From a virus (lineage: Duplodnaviria; Caudoviricetes), in IMG/VR virus record IMGVR_UViG_3300042558_004043: a stretch of 64,000 nt of DNA. The stretch is one strand, 5' to 3'. The notes under the pieces are model-generated. The model saw only the letters and a program-made list of their open reading frames with translations, had not been told where the DNA came from and ran no database searches. The translations under genes were made by a program, and so were the position numbers. Below are positions 43,763 through 54,459 of the stretch, in pieces. Each line of letters begins with the position of its first letter. Positions within the stretch are counted from its first letter, which is position 1.

Positions 43763-46700
43763 ATGGAAAGTCAAAATTATAATCCTCCTTTGGGATTTGT
43801 GTTAACCCCGTTTCCAACAAATACACCTACACCAAGTAACACTCCAACCCCAACTAAAACGCCTAGCAGCGGGTTCGTTAATCCAACACCAACTAATAGT
43901 CCTACAAATACTAAAACTCCAACTAATACTAAAACCCCTACTAAAACTTCTGGAATTACTCCAACAAATACTCCAACTAGAACAAACCGCCCTGCAGAAG
44001 AATTGGCCGAAGTAACAGTAGGACCAAACGGGTTCCAAGGACCAACAATTTATGTAAAAAACTTAACAAAAAATACCATTTATATATATGATGGTTCAAA
44101 TGGTTGGACTGGATTAAACGTTAAAATAGGACAAACTAAAACCTTTCCATTAATAGAGTTTACAACTGGTATTATAAGAATTGACACCAATGCTGACTCA
44201 TATCAAAGTTATGAAAGCACATGTTATAATATAAATTACAGACAAGGTGATAAATCAAATACATCATTTTTAGGAGATTACGTTTATTTTGAAAAAGTTA
44301 ATTGTAATGAAGAGTTACCACAAGTTGTACTTAATAATACTTGTTTTTGTAATTCAGAAAAATGCGGAGTTGAACAAAATATAAATCAATCGGTAATTTC
44401 TTATACAACAATACAGTTATGTGAACAAAAAGAAAACACACCAAAAGGATTAGTTTATTTGGATACGGAAATTGACCCATCATTAGGTTTTCCGGTTACT
44501 TTTGACGTTTATTATAGCTCATTGTATCCTAACTCTCCTGATTTTACTTTCACATTAGATGATACCGATACGAGAATGTCAGATTTAGGAAGCTCTATTG
44601 ATAATTCTATTTATTTGGACGGTACCGGTCCTAAGTTCATTTTTGTTGTAATAACGGCCGAAAATGGAGGTAAGTGGTCAACATCAGTATCTTGTGCCGA
44701 TGATACTTCACCTTTAATATATAGTTACGAATTTTATTTGAATAACCCGAATAAATTTGTTTTAAATATTGAGTCTAATCCTTTCACAGGAACTGTTAAT
44801 AGACTTGGCGGTATAAGTGATGGAACTTCATCATATACTGAAACTTTTTTAACTAATACGGAAAGTTCAGTCATATTTGATTTTGCAAATATTAATAAAA
44901 ATAACACTCAATTTAAAAATTCACCAATAATAAATAAAAATGGTTTCACTAAAGATTTATTAGTTTCTGGAGCTTCTGTAAATACCATTGTTGAATTTGG
45001 TGATAGTATTTTGGTAGGTGGAGATTTTAATTATTATAATGATAGAATGGTTTGTCCATTAGTTAAACTAGACAAAAACGGAATCCAAGATTTAACTTTT
45101 TCAGATAATTTATATATAAGCGGAGAGGTTAAAACTATTTTATCCACAGATAAAGATTCGATATTTGTTGGTGGTGATTTAAAATCAAGCACATGCGATA
45201 GACACATTTTGTTTGTAGAACATGAAAATGTCATATATAACACTATACCAGGAGTGGTGTTACCAGGAGACCCGGCTGAAAAAAGATTCAATATAGTATC
45301 TTATAATATTTTAACCAATACGGCTAGAGTTATATTCGAAAGCGAAAATAATTTGCAAGCAGCGGTGGGTGAACAGGCGGTTGATATTGCACATACTTTT
45401 AATTATAATACAAATACAGGTAAGATTTGGATACTTTACAAATCGCCAGGAACTGGAACACATGCTAAAACAATATATGAGTATAACATTTTAAATTCTA
45501 ACTACGATGTTTCAGAATTAGTAAGAACTATAACCATAGCCGAGCCTGAAGAGTTCGTAGGTTTAGGAAGAGGATTGGCAGTATTTGATAGCGAAAATTT
45601 GATATCAACATTATTTAACAGTTTCTATGATATTTCTTTTGTAAAAATTCCTATAAATAGCGTCGGAAATGTAACGGTAAATCCAATTCCAATAGAGGGT
45701 ATAAATCCCGATATATTTTCTAATTACCCCGCAAACCCAAGATTTTACTCTGACGTATTAGTTACAGATAATAATACTATAGTTTACGCCTTTTCGGAGA
45801 GAGAGTCTTTAGGACAAAGCGCATATACAACTATTTATGAAATTGATATTGTAAGTGGGGGTGTAGTATTTTCAGCAACAACACCTGTGCAATATATAGA
45901 TGATGGAGGTATTGACATTAGGTTAGAAGTTGGAGGGTTGTTTTCTTTTCAAAATTATTGGTATCTTACATTTACGCGTCATCCAAACGATTTTTATGAC
46001 TCACCATCTAACAATGAGTTTATATTTAAAATTAATGACCCTAATATAGGATTTATTCCATTTGTTTATAATATACAATCAGCCAATCAATCAAACATAA
46101 CTCATCATCCCCAAAGAACATTTGTCGGGGCATCATCTTTGAAGGATTGTAATATCTTTTCGTATTTAGTTCGACCTCCTGAACCTTGCCAGTGTTATAA
46201 ATTCTATAATAGCGGAAGTACGGCTCAAGGTATGACATATGTTGATTGTGCATCAACAACTAAAAAAATTAAATTTAAAGGAACCAAAAAATTATGCGTT
46301 CAAAATGTATTATCTTTAGGAACAAATATTTCTCAAACTTTACTTGGTAATTGTGTTAATGGAAAATGTCCAATAACTCAAACACCATCAGATAACATTG
46401 TAAAAATAAATAGTTTAGGGCAAATAGATAATAAGTTCTTTAAAAATTCAGGTGAAGGATTTAACGGACCTGTAAATATAATAAAAAAATATATAAATAA
46501 TACTATTATAATTGGTGGTAATTTCTCTCAATATAATGGTCAAACAGCTAGAGGTATCATTATATTAAATACCGATGGTACAATATATGACAATTTTGAA
46601 GGAGGGTTTAATTTATCAGGTCTGACGCCAAATGTTACTGGTATTGAAATATTATTAGATAATTCATTAATAGTTATTGGAGGAGGAGATAATCTAAGTT

Positions 46701-49700
46701 CGTGGATTACCTCATTTAAAAAACAACCAATTCCAACAAATATTGTTAGAATAGATTCAAGAGGTATTTTAGATACCAAGTTTTCAGCGACAACTGGTTT
46801 AGATGGCTCCGCATATTCAATAACAACTGATTGTGATGGAAAAATAGTGATTACTGGTGACTTTGATTGTTATGAAGACACCAATGGTAATAATTGCGGA
46901 TTAAACAACGTATTAAGAATTAGTAATGAAGGTATTTGTGATACTGGATTTGCAAACGATTTATCACTTGACGGTCAGGTTAATGCTGTACTTTCTTTAA
47001 CAAAAAATAGAAGTTTATGTAACTATTCAGTTTCTAATATTGAATACGTGGGTCCAACTAATCAATTTAAGATTTATTTTGAGCAACCATTGGATGAAAA
47101 CATATCTTCAATTAAGGTTGAAAGACCAGGAGGATTCCAATTGTATTTAGTAGGTGAGAATTCTGAATATGTTGGAATTGAACCTGGAGATACATGGATA
47201 CCTCATAATGTTGGGTTGACCGGTTATCTTTCTGAATGGGTGCAAACAATAACATTTATAGTTACTTTCACATGTGTAGATGGAATAACTTCAGTTAACG
47301 AGGTAACTTTTAATTTCCCTTGTGATTGTTATACCTTATATAATAGTGGAACTACCCCTCAAATAGTAAGTTATGTCAGTTGCATAACAGACCCTGAATA
47401 TTTGACAACATATGCACCTTTACGTTCATACCCAACAAAAACCGTTAAATTTGTAGGTACCGAAAAAATATGTACAAAAAGATTAATAACAGTTGGGCCT
47501 AATGTTACATACGTAAACAATAGTGAAATTGTAGGGTCTCAAGATAGACAAATTTGTACTAATTTAACTGATAACCCATTTATTAATGAAAATATTAGAT
47601 GTAGAAGTACAAGTGGTTCTAATCCATTAGTTTCTGTAAAAAAGTTAACAACTCAACCACAGTTACAAAGTTGTGAAGAAAAAACTTTGATTTTTGGAGG
47701 TTCATTTACTTCCCCTGTTGAAAATTTAGTTAAAGTTAGTTTAGGTTCTAATGAAAGACTTTATGAATTTCTGACTTGTGATGGTATTACCGGATTCACT
47801 TATGCTCCGGTAAATACTGAAATTGGTTCTATAGTTTTAGCCTATGTAAATAAAACTGAAGTAGTTTGTGGTACCATAGGTTCTGAGGTTACATCAGGAG
47901 ACACTATAATCTATACTACTGATGCTAAAATAAAATATAGTAGTTGTACTGAGTGTTCAGAAACTTACCAAGTAAAATTATTAGTTAGAGAAAAAGGAAA
48001 ACAAGATAGAGTGTTCTTAAAAGGAATGGATAAAACTCAAATAGATAAAATTTTATCTGATGGGCCAATATTCTCAACTGGAGGGCCTGAAATATATGAA
48101 ATTTTAGATTATTGGTTGGGTTCGAGCGTTGTAGGTTCAAAGTCATTAAGTTTTAGTGCAATAACTCCTACTCCGTCGTTTACTCCAAGTTCAACAGTCC
48201 TAAGTAATTGCCCGAGTTTAACCGGTGTTACTATTTCTGATATTGAAATATCAGGAGGTGATTATAGATTCGTTAATAATGAATCTGGATATGATTTAAT
48301 ACAAATAACATCAACATATCAAATTATAACCTCCATAAGTAACGGACAAAGTACTATCTTACCATTATCTTATTTTGAAAATAATACCGCGATTTTTGCA
48401 ATTATTACTTATCCACAAAATTTCTCTTGTGTATATTGTATTGATATTTTAACAAATGAACAAGTAACTTGTAATTTTGTAACTCCCACCCCAACACCAA
48501 CAAAAACCCCTACTCAAACAATACCAACTTTATATCCTGATTGTCCAATATATTATATTCTTAACAATAGTTTGTATTTGTTTAACCTACAAAATTCAAA
48601 CAGTTATTTGATGGAGCCTAATTTCATTTATAATTCGGCCACAAAATTCACATTGGCTGAAAATAGTTTATATTCAGTCAAAAATCTGACATCTAACGGA
48701 AACATTTTTGCAACCCAAATAACTAAATATAATTTAACAAGTCCTCCATTAAATGTTACATTCTCTGATACATTTGATATTAGTTCTACTGATAATGCAA
48801 CTTCGATTTTTGCAATAAGTAACAACATAATATTTGTTTCATATTATGAAGGCGTTAATTTCATATCAACAAACAATTATATTAGACAATATACATTCCA
48901 AAATGGTGTTTTAAATAATAGCTTAACAACTGATTTAATAACGTTACCGGTAAATCTATTAATAATAGATTTTATTATTACTTCAACAAATAAAATTTTA
49001 GTTTTAGTAAAAAATACATTTAACAATTCTTACTATATAAATCAATACGACTATACTAACCCTAACGGCAATTCATCAGAATTAAGTATCTATATTTCAT
49101 CAGATAATGAAATTTCAGTAACTTCAATTTTTGAATTTAGTGGTCAATTGTATTTTACATATGTTGATTATAATACCGAGTGGTACGTTCAATTGGTTAA
49201 AAGTGTTAGTTTAAACCCACCTTACACAATTAGCACAGCCGCTTCTAATTTTAATGGTATATCTTCTGATTATTTTACATTATATTCTTGTTCTACTATT
49301 AATTTTATACAACCAACACCACAGCCTTCTACAACCCCTACTGAAACAAATGGGTATACAGCTGCAACTCCAACCGCAACCTCAACTAATGTACCGACTA
49401 AAACTCCAACTAAAACTAAAACACCAACAGTAACTAGAACAAACACTTCTAATTATGTTTCACCAACACCAACTAAAACCGGTACCCCAACTAAAACTAA
49501 AACTAAATCACCAACCCCTACAAATACTCCTACTAAGACTTCAACGACTACAAACACAAAAACCCCATTTAACACACCAAATCAAACACCATCAATAACT
49601 CCAACCAATACAGTAACAAAAACTGTAACAAAAACTCAAACACCTACAAGAACCCCATCTAGAACTCCAACAAATACTCCAACTAGAACAAATACCCCAA

Positions 49701-51769
49701 CTAGAACAAAAACTTCAACAAATACACCTACAATAACTCCAACTAATACCCCAACTCCAACTAAAACAGTAACACCTTATAATACTCCAACAAAAACATC
49801 TAGTGTTACTCCAACAAAAACTAAAACACCTACAAGAACACCATCAGTTACCCCATCGGTTACCGTTACTAAGACAGTAACTAGAACAATAAGACCTACC
49901 GCAACTCCAACTTTAACATCTAATTTACAGGTTATTTTTGAACCATGTTGTAGTTCAATATCTAATGAGATATTCGCATTATACCAAATACCACCTTCAG
50001 TTTTCGAATATTTAACAGGTGGAACTATTTGGGAGATTAATAGTAGTGGATTTATAGGATGTGCAAAAGTTTCAACGTCTGGAACATCGTTGTACAATTA
50101 CATATTCAATGGTATTAATGGACCTATTCAATCTTGTGATTCAGGTTCTTGTTTCACCGATTGCCCTAAGGATACTCCAACTCCAACAAAAACTCAAACT
50201 CCTACAAAAACCCCAACTCAAACTCAAACCCCAACAAACACTCCAACAAAATCAATTACTCCAACAAACACTCCAACAAAATCAATTACTCCTACAAAAA
50301 CAAAAACTCAAACTCCTACAAGAACTCAAACTCCTACAAGAACTCAAACACCAACTGTTACTAAAACTCAAACACCTACAAGAACTCAAACCCCAACCAA
50401 TTGTTCTGACACACAAATAATAACTTCGGCAACCACCCCATCCTCACAATCAATTGTAAATTTAACAGGAGTTACGTATGGTACTTATACAATGATGGGA
50501 ACCGTATTCCATAGTCCATTTAATTTAAATGGAACGAGTCCTAATAATGATTACCTATATCTTTCAACTACCCCTGTTGTATGGAGAAGAGCTAATTATA
50601 CTAATGGTCCTTTAAACAGAACTGGAAAATGGAGTACTGATTTAAATTTCCCTATTAATACTTGGTTAGGGTATAGCGTATGTGTTAATGCACCTGAAAC
50701 AAAAACATACTGGATTGGTTTGGGAGCGGATAATAATTTTAGAATTGTTGTCGATGGTACTGATATTGTAAACACAATCAATGGACCTTATGATGGGTTG
50801 TATGATAACGATACTAACATTTCATTTATATATTGGCATGTTTACCCTGTAACTCTTGGTGCTGGAAATCACGTAATAGAATTATACGGTTTAAATAGAG
50901 ATAATTTAAGTATAGCGTCTTTTGGATGTGAAATTTATAATAATACAATTGATGAATTAACGGGAGCAACTACCGTATCTGACTTGAATATATTATTCTC
51001 TTCTAGTGGGCAAACAAGTGCAACCACCGTTCAAAATATATCTGGACAATATTTGTCAAGCGGATATACATGTCCTACAGGTTATATTTATGACCCATGT
51101 AATTCAAATTGTTATACAATAACAAATCCTTGTCAACCTGGACCATTACCATCTGTTACTCCGACAAAAACTAAAACTCCAACTCCAACAAACACACCAA
51201 CAAAAACAAGGCCTATTGTTTATACCGGCTTTTCGGCATGTGACCAACCTATTTATGTAAATTCTCAACCAGGAATTCATGAGTATTTAATTATATTAGG
51301 AAGTGGTATTGGCGTAGTTCAGTTAAATTATAACTCTTATAGTATACCTGATAGCTATCAACTTATTTGGAACGGAAGTACGGTAATTGACACCGGATTT
51401 AGAGGAAGTTCAACTTATAACTCTCAACTGAATTCATTAGGATATCCTGATGTTGAAGGAGCGGGTAACGGGTTCGTTACATTTGATAAAACAGTTTCAT
51501 CTCCAATTACGAATACGGCTATGTTAATTGTTAATTCACCAATAGAAGCGGCGTTATGGAGTGTTACTGTAAATTGTCCTAAACCATTCCCGTCCCCAAC
51601 ACCTACCAAAACTAAAACTCCAACCAATAGTAAAACTCCAACTAAAACCCCAACACCTACTAAAACTCCAACACCTACACCAACAAATGCAACCATACCA
51701 CCACTTACGATAATTTATACATTAACTGACCCTAATAATCAAAATTTAAAGGGTGTTATAATAAAATAA
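43763..51769 (+). CDS. Giant (2668 aa) modular virion protein with delta-60-like propeller blades, Thr/Pro-rich linkers and a PA14-like domain
   Basis: Repeated I(L/I)VGG.F...N...IV.(L/I)...G..D..F blades; long TPT(K/R/N)T tracts; YWIGLGADNNF...G.HVIEL (PA14-like). Confidence 0.8.
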   Translation: MESQNYNPPLGFVLTPFPTNTPTPSNTPTPTKTPSSGFVNPTPTNSPTNTKTPTNTKTPTKTSGITPTNTPTRTNRPAEELAEVTVGPNGFQGPTIYVKNLTKNTIYIYDGSNGWTGLNVKIGQTKTFPLIEFTTGIIRIDTNADSYQSYESTCYNINYRQGDKSNTSFLGDYVYFEKVNCNEELPQVVLNNTCFCNSEKCGVEQNINQSVISYTTIQLCEQKENTPKGLVYLDTEIDPSLGFPVTFDVYYSSLYPNSPDFTFTLDDTDTRMSDLGSSIDNSIYLDGTGPKFIFVVITAENGGKWSTSVSCADDTSPLIYSYEFYLNNPNKFVLNIESNPFTGTVNRLGGISDGTSSYTETFLTNTESSVIFDFANINKNNTQFKNSPIINKNGFTKDLLVSGASVNTIVEFGDSILVGGDFNYYNDRMVCPLVKLDKNGIQDLTFSDNLYISGEVKTILSTDKDSIFVGGDLKSSTCDRHILFVEHENVIYNTIPGVVLPGDPAEKRFNIVSYNILTNTARVIFESENNLQAAVGEQAVDIAHTFNYNTNTGKIWILYKSPGTGTHAKTIYEYNILNSNYDVSELVRTITIAEPEEFVGLGRGLAVFDSENLISTLFNSFYDISFVKIPINSVGNVTVNPIPIEGINPDIFSNYPANPRFYSDVLVTDNNTIVYAFSERESLGQSAYTTIYEIDIVSGGVVFSATTPVQYIDDGGIDIRLEVGGLFSFQNYWYLTFTRHPNDFYDSPSNNEFIFKINDPNIGFIPFVYNIQSANQSNITHHPQRTFVGASSLKDCNIFSYLVRPPEPCQCYKFYNSGSTAQGMTYVDCASTTKKIKFKGTKKLCVQNVLSLGTNISQTLLGNCVNGKCPITQTPSDNIVKINSLGQIDNKFFKNSGEGFNGPVNIIKKYINNTIIIGGNFSQYNGQTARGIIILNTDGTIYDNFEGGFNLSGLTPNVTGIEILLDNSLIVIGGGDNLSSWITSFKKQPIPTNIVRIDSRGILDTKFSATTGLDGSAYSITTDCDGKIVITGDFDCYEDTNGNNCGLNNVLRISNEGICDTGFANDLSLDGQVNAVLSLTKNRSLCNYSVSNIEYVGPTNQFKIYFEQPLDENISSIKVERPGGFQLYLVGENSEYVGIEPGDTWIPHNVGLTGYLSEWVQTITFIVTFTCVDGITSVNEVTFNFPCDCYTLYNSGTTPQIVSYVSCITDPEYLTTYAPLRSYPTKTVKFVGTEKICTKRLITVGPNVTYVNNSEIVGSQDRQICTNLTDNPFINENIRCRSTSGSNPLVSVKKLTTQPQLQSCEEKTLIFGGSFTSPVENLVKVSLGSNERLYEFLTCDGITGFTYAPVNTEIGSIVLAYVNKTEVVCGTIGSEVTSGDTIIYTTDAKIKYSSCTECSETYQVKLLVREKGKQDRVFLKGMDKTQIDKILSDGPIFSTGGPEIYEILDYWLGSSVVGSKSLSFSAITPTPSFTPSSTVLSNCPSLTGVTISDIEISGGDYRFVNNESGYDLIQITSTYQIITSISNGQSTILPLSYFENNTAIFAIITYPQNFSCVYCIDILTNEQVTCNFVTPTPTPTKTPTQTIPTLYPDCPIYYILNNSLYLFNLQNSNSYLMEPNFIYNSATKFTLAENSLYSVKNLTSNGNIFATQITKYNLTSPPLNVTFSDTFDISSTDNATSIFAISNNIIFVSYYEGVNFISTNNYIRQYTFQNGVLNNSLTTDLITLPVNLLIIDFIITSTNKILVLVKNTFNNSYYINQYDYTNPNGNSSELSIYISSDNEISVTSIFEFSGQLYFTYVDYNTEWYVQLVKSVSLNPPYTISTAASNFNGISSDYFTLYSCSTINFIQPTPQPSTTPTETNGYTAATPTATSTNVPTKTPTKTKTPTVTRTNTSNYVSPTPTKTGTPTKTKTKSPTPTNTPTKTSTTTNTKTPFNTPNQTPSITPTNTVTKTVTKTQTPTRTPSRTPTNTPTRTNTPTRTKTSTNTPTITPTNTPTPTKTVTPYNTPTKTSSVTPTKTKTPTRTPSVTPSVTVTKTVTRTIRPTATPTLTSNLQVIFEPCCSSISNEIFALYQIPPSVFEYLTGGTIWEINSSGFIGCAKVSTSGTSLYNYIFNGINGPIQSCDSGSCFTDCPKDTPTPTKTQTPTKTPTQTQTPTNTPTKSITPTNTPTKSITPTKTKTQTPTRTQTPTRTQTPTVTKTQTPTRTQTPTNCSDTQIITSATTPSSQSIVNLTGVTYGTYTMMGTVFHSPFNLNGTSPNNDYLYLSTTPVVWRRANYTNGPLNRTGKWSTDLNFPINTWLGYSVCVNAPETKTYWIGLGADNNFRIVVDGTDIVNTINGPYDGLYDNDTNISFIYWHVYPVTLGAGNHVIELYGLNRDNLSIASFGCEIYNNTIDELTGATTVSDLNILFSSSGQTSATTVQNISGQYLSSGYTCPTGYIYDPCNSNCYTITNPCQPGPLPSVTPTKTKTPTPTNTPTKTRPIVYTGFSACDQPIYVNSQPGIHEYLIILGSGIGVVQLNYNSYSIPDSYQLIWNGSTVIDTGFRGSSTYNSQLNSLGYPDVEGAGNGFVTFDKTVSSPITNTAMLIVNSPIEAALWSVTVNCPKPFPSPTPTKTKTPTNSKTPTKTPTPTKTPTPTPTNATIPPLTIIYTLTDPNNQNLKGVIIK
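49310..50405 (+). repeat. Mucin-like Thr/Pro tandem repeats (TPTKTPTxT)
   Basis: AC-rich degenerate repeats (ACTCCAACA...) in frame. Shorter tracts near 43805-43985, 51155-51210 and 51585-51695. Confidence 0.9.
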
Positions 51770-51795
51770 AATAAAAATTTAAAAAACAAAAAAAT

Positions 51796-52668
51796 ATGCC
51801 ATTTATTTATACATTTAGTACAGGTTCTACAGAGGTCTATGACGCATCTGATTATAGCGGTGTTGATACATTACAAGCGGTTAGTGGGGGTGACATAAAC
51901 CTAATTAATTCAGTTTACAACATCAATTACCAAAAAATATTTGCAGGGCCATCTGCTAACTTTACAGGTTTAACTATTTATGATTCAGGTAATACTAAAA
52001 CAGTAATAAACGTATCTGGGTCCACTTTTGGAATAGCTGTCGATAATACCAATGATTTGGTTGCATTAATTGATGTATCTGGCGTATTTGATAATGTTGT
52101 TAAAGTTGTAGACGCATCTACAAATACAGTTGTAAGTACGATTGATGTTGCCACCAGTTATAAAGGTGATATAGCATCAGATAATAATGGTTATTGTTAT
52201 GTAGTCGGGGGTCACAGTGATGTTATGACAAAGGTAGATATTATCAGCGGTGTGACTGCAGATACTATTAATATTGGGGATGGGGCGGTTCTTAACAGAA
52301 AAGTCATATATAACACAAATAATAGTTTTGTTTACACTTGGACACCTACCGTTAGAATTAGAGTATGGGACCCTTCTGGATGGGGTAATGAGGCCAATAT
52401 AAATTTGACTGGAAACACCCCATTTTTTGTTTTTAATCCTGACAAAGATTATATTTATGTTGGAAATGTAACAGGTGGTACTAATGACTTTGTTATTACG
52501 ACAATTAGATGTGCAAATAATACAATACTCAGTGAAAACCTTATTTATTCCGGAGCAGTTATAGGTGGTGGTGGTGATACTGGAGTATTTGGATTTTATT
52601 CAACAGAGACACAATATTTATATGTAGGAGACTCAGAATCTGATAGTATTTTAGTCTTAACAACATAA
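51796..52668 (+). CDS. YncE/YVTN-like beta-propeller protein
   Basis: VKVVDASTNTVVSTIDV; GIAVD; repeated V..ID...I units. Confidence 0.7.
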   Translation: MPFIYTFSTGSTEVYDASDYSGVDTLQAVSGGDINLINSVYNINYQKIFAGPSANFTGLTIYDSGNTKTVINVSGSTFGIAVDNTNDLVALIDVSGVFDNVVKVVDASTNTVVSTIDVATSYKGDIASDNNGYCYVVGGHSDVMTKVDIISGVTADTINIGDGAVLNRKVIYNTNNSFVYTWTPTVRIRVWDPSGWGNEANINLTGNTPFFVFNPDKDYIYVGNVTGGTNDFVITTIRCANNTILSENLIYSGAVIGGGGDTGVFGFYSTETQYLYVGDSESDSILVLTT

Positions 52669-52690
52669 AAAAATTAAAAAATAAAATAAA

Positions 52691-52906
52691 ATGGCAGATA
52701 TTAATCCAATTTATTATTACGGTGACATTGCCGGCGCAAATGCCCCCCTGTCAGCCGGAACCCCAAATGTAATATGTTTAGAGCAATGTGACCAATCAGT
52801 TGTATCAGTTGCACCTCCTCATCCTGTATGGACAAACTTAGGTGGAAAGGCGGTGGTCATGTTAGACGCAGTTGTTTTGGGAGGCCCATTTGGTTTAAAC
52901 GGATAA
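52691..52906 (+). CDS. Small hypothetical structural protein
   Basis: 71-aa ORF with an A-rich start, co-oriented. Confidence 0.7.
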   Translation: MADINPIYYYGDIAGANAPLSAGTPNVICLEQCDQSVVSVAPPHPVWTNLGGKAVVMLDAVVLGGPFGLNG

Positions 52907-52912
52907 TTAATT

Positions 52913-53416
52913 ATGAAGAAAGTAGTTAGATTAACAGAATCAGAATTAATTAACGTTATTAAACGTATTATCACAGAAGGTCAGTCTGAAATTGATTCAA
53001 TTTTGGATAAGATAAACCGTGTTGGATTTGAGGGATTAACCCCAAAAGAACAATCTTATCTTAGACATTATTCTGAAACTGGTGAATTTAAAGATGATGA
53101 AGAGCTTGTAACAAGGTCTCAATCATTTGATTATGAACATAAGTTTTCAAATAAAATAGATGGAGTTGATATGACCTTCAAATATGAGTCAACTGAGGAT
53201 ACTCCTGATGAAATGATTCACAGTGGTTATTTGGAAATTAATAACGATGAGTTCTATGGTGAAATTTATTGTGACACAGATGGAACGTACTCAACATGTA
53301 ATTTTGAGGATGGCGACGGTGTAAATTTATTTGAAAAATATGAAGGTTTGGAACATGAGGTTGAGTATTTTTTAGATAATGTATGCGAAGAAATAAAAGG
53401 AAACGAAACGGTTTAA
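52913..53416 (+). CDS. Hypothetical virion-associated protein (KVVRLTESEL motif)
   Basis: 167-aa acidic ORF. Confidence 0.75.
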   Translation: MKKVVRLTESELINVIKRIITEGQSEIDSILDKINRVGFEGLTPKEQSYLRHYSETGEFKDDEELVTRSQSFDYEHKFSNKIDGVDMTFKYESTEDTPDEMIHSGYLEINNDEFYGEIYCDTDGTYSTCNFEDGDGVNLFEKYEGLEHEVEYFLDNVCEEIKGNETV

Positions 53417-53417
53417 A

Positions 53418-53897
53418 ATGAAAAACAACAAACTAGAAAATCTAATTAAAAAAGTTTTAGAAGAACAAACTTCTGATAGATACATGTTCTTTTCTAATTT
53501 AGAACAAATAAGAAGACAATGTGATATATTGTTAAGTGAAAATAGAGATGAAATTGATTCTATTTTGGACAACGGTCACGATTGGGCTCAAGACCATATT
53601 GCCGAGGCAAAGAATAATATGGACCAAGTATTTGATTTTTTAATGAACGAAACTTCTGATGAAAGTGATTTAGATGACCAATCAGATGAAGAAGAAATGG
53701 TTATGATGGAAGGTCGTAAAAAAGCGGGTACAAAATTGTGCTCAAGAGGTTACGCTGCCGCAAAGGCAAAGTTTAAAGTATTTCCCTCAGCATATAGCTC
53801 AGGCTACGGAGTTCAAGTCTGTAAAGGTAGAATGCCAGGATTAGACGGTAAAAAACGTTGTTCACCACCATATTGTGGTTCAAAAAAGAAGAAATAA
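53418..53897 (+). CDS. Hypothetical protein with a C-terminal KLC.RG.AAAK.KF..PSAY.SG..VQVCKG domain
   Basis: 159-aa ORF; acidic N-terminal half, basic C-terminal domain. Confidence 0.75.
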   Translation: MKNNKLENLIKKVLEEQTSDRYMFFSNLEQIRRQCDILLSENRDEIDSILDNGHDWAQDHIAEAKNNMDQVFDFLMNETSDESDLDDQSDEEEMVMMEGRKKAGTKLCSRGYAAAKAKFKVFPSAYSSGYGVQVCKGRMPGLDGKKRCSPPYCGSKKKK

Positions 53898-53911
53898 TTC
53901 TTCTTTTTTTT
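53882..53911. terminator. Intrinsic terminator (AT-rich)
   Basis: AAAAAAGAAGAA-AATAA-TTCTTCTTTTTT. Confidence 0.6.
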
Positions 53912-53943
53912 AACTTTTTGTGTTTACCCATATATTTATAAAT

Positions 53944-54459
53944 ATGGGCACACAAAAAAAATGTAAAATTTGTAATGAAGTAAAATTTTTGGACGAATTT
54001 TATAAATCACAAAGAGGTTTAAGATGTAAAACGTGCGTATTAGAATCAACAAGAGAATATAAAAGAAGCAAAAGGAAAGATTCCGAATTTAGAAAAATCG
54101 AAGGTCAAAAACAAAAGGAAAGAAGAGTTAGACTTTGGCAAAATACACTAATAAACGATTCTAAACACAGAAATATAGAAAATACATTAACTGTTGATGA
54201 TATAAATGAAATGTTTGAAAATCAAAAAGGACTTTGCTATTGGTTTAAAATACCATTAATCCCTTCAAGTAAGTCTAAACACCCCCAACAACCATCAATA
54301 GATAGATTAGATAGAAATAAAGGTTATACGAAAGATAACGTAGTTCTTTGTTGCTACTCTGCAAACATAGGTAGAAATGAAAATGATTTAGAAACTTGGA
54401 TTGAATTTATTAGTCTCTTGAATTTTAACAAATTATCCTTATTATTAGATAATGAATAA
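53944..54459 (+). CDS. Free-standing HNH-type (homing) endonuclease
   Basis: CKIC..K.LDEF...CKTC N-terminal Zn finger; CYW...SIDRLD..KGYTKDNVVLCC..AN. ATG 53944 follows TATTTATA 53933. Confidence 0.75.
   Translation: MGTQKKCKICNEVKFLDEFYKSQRGLRCKTCVLESTREYKRSKRKDSEFRKIEGQKQKERRVRLWQNTLINDSKHRNIENTLTVDDINEMFENQKGLCYWFKIPLIPSSKSKHPQQPSIDRLDRNKGYTKDNVVLCCYSANIGRNENDLETWIEFISLLNFNKLSLLLDNE

Noticed and set aside
32089-47600. DGR template/variable repeat pair
   Set aside because: Differences between the duplicated cassettes are not adenine-specific, both copies are in-frame coding, and there is no reverse transcriptase in the window.
49310-50405. CRISPR-like periodic repeats
   Set aside because: These are degenerate in-frame Thr/Pro codon repeats without constant repeat/unique spacer structure. 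I found no CRISPR array or cas gene in the window.
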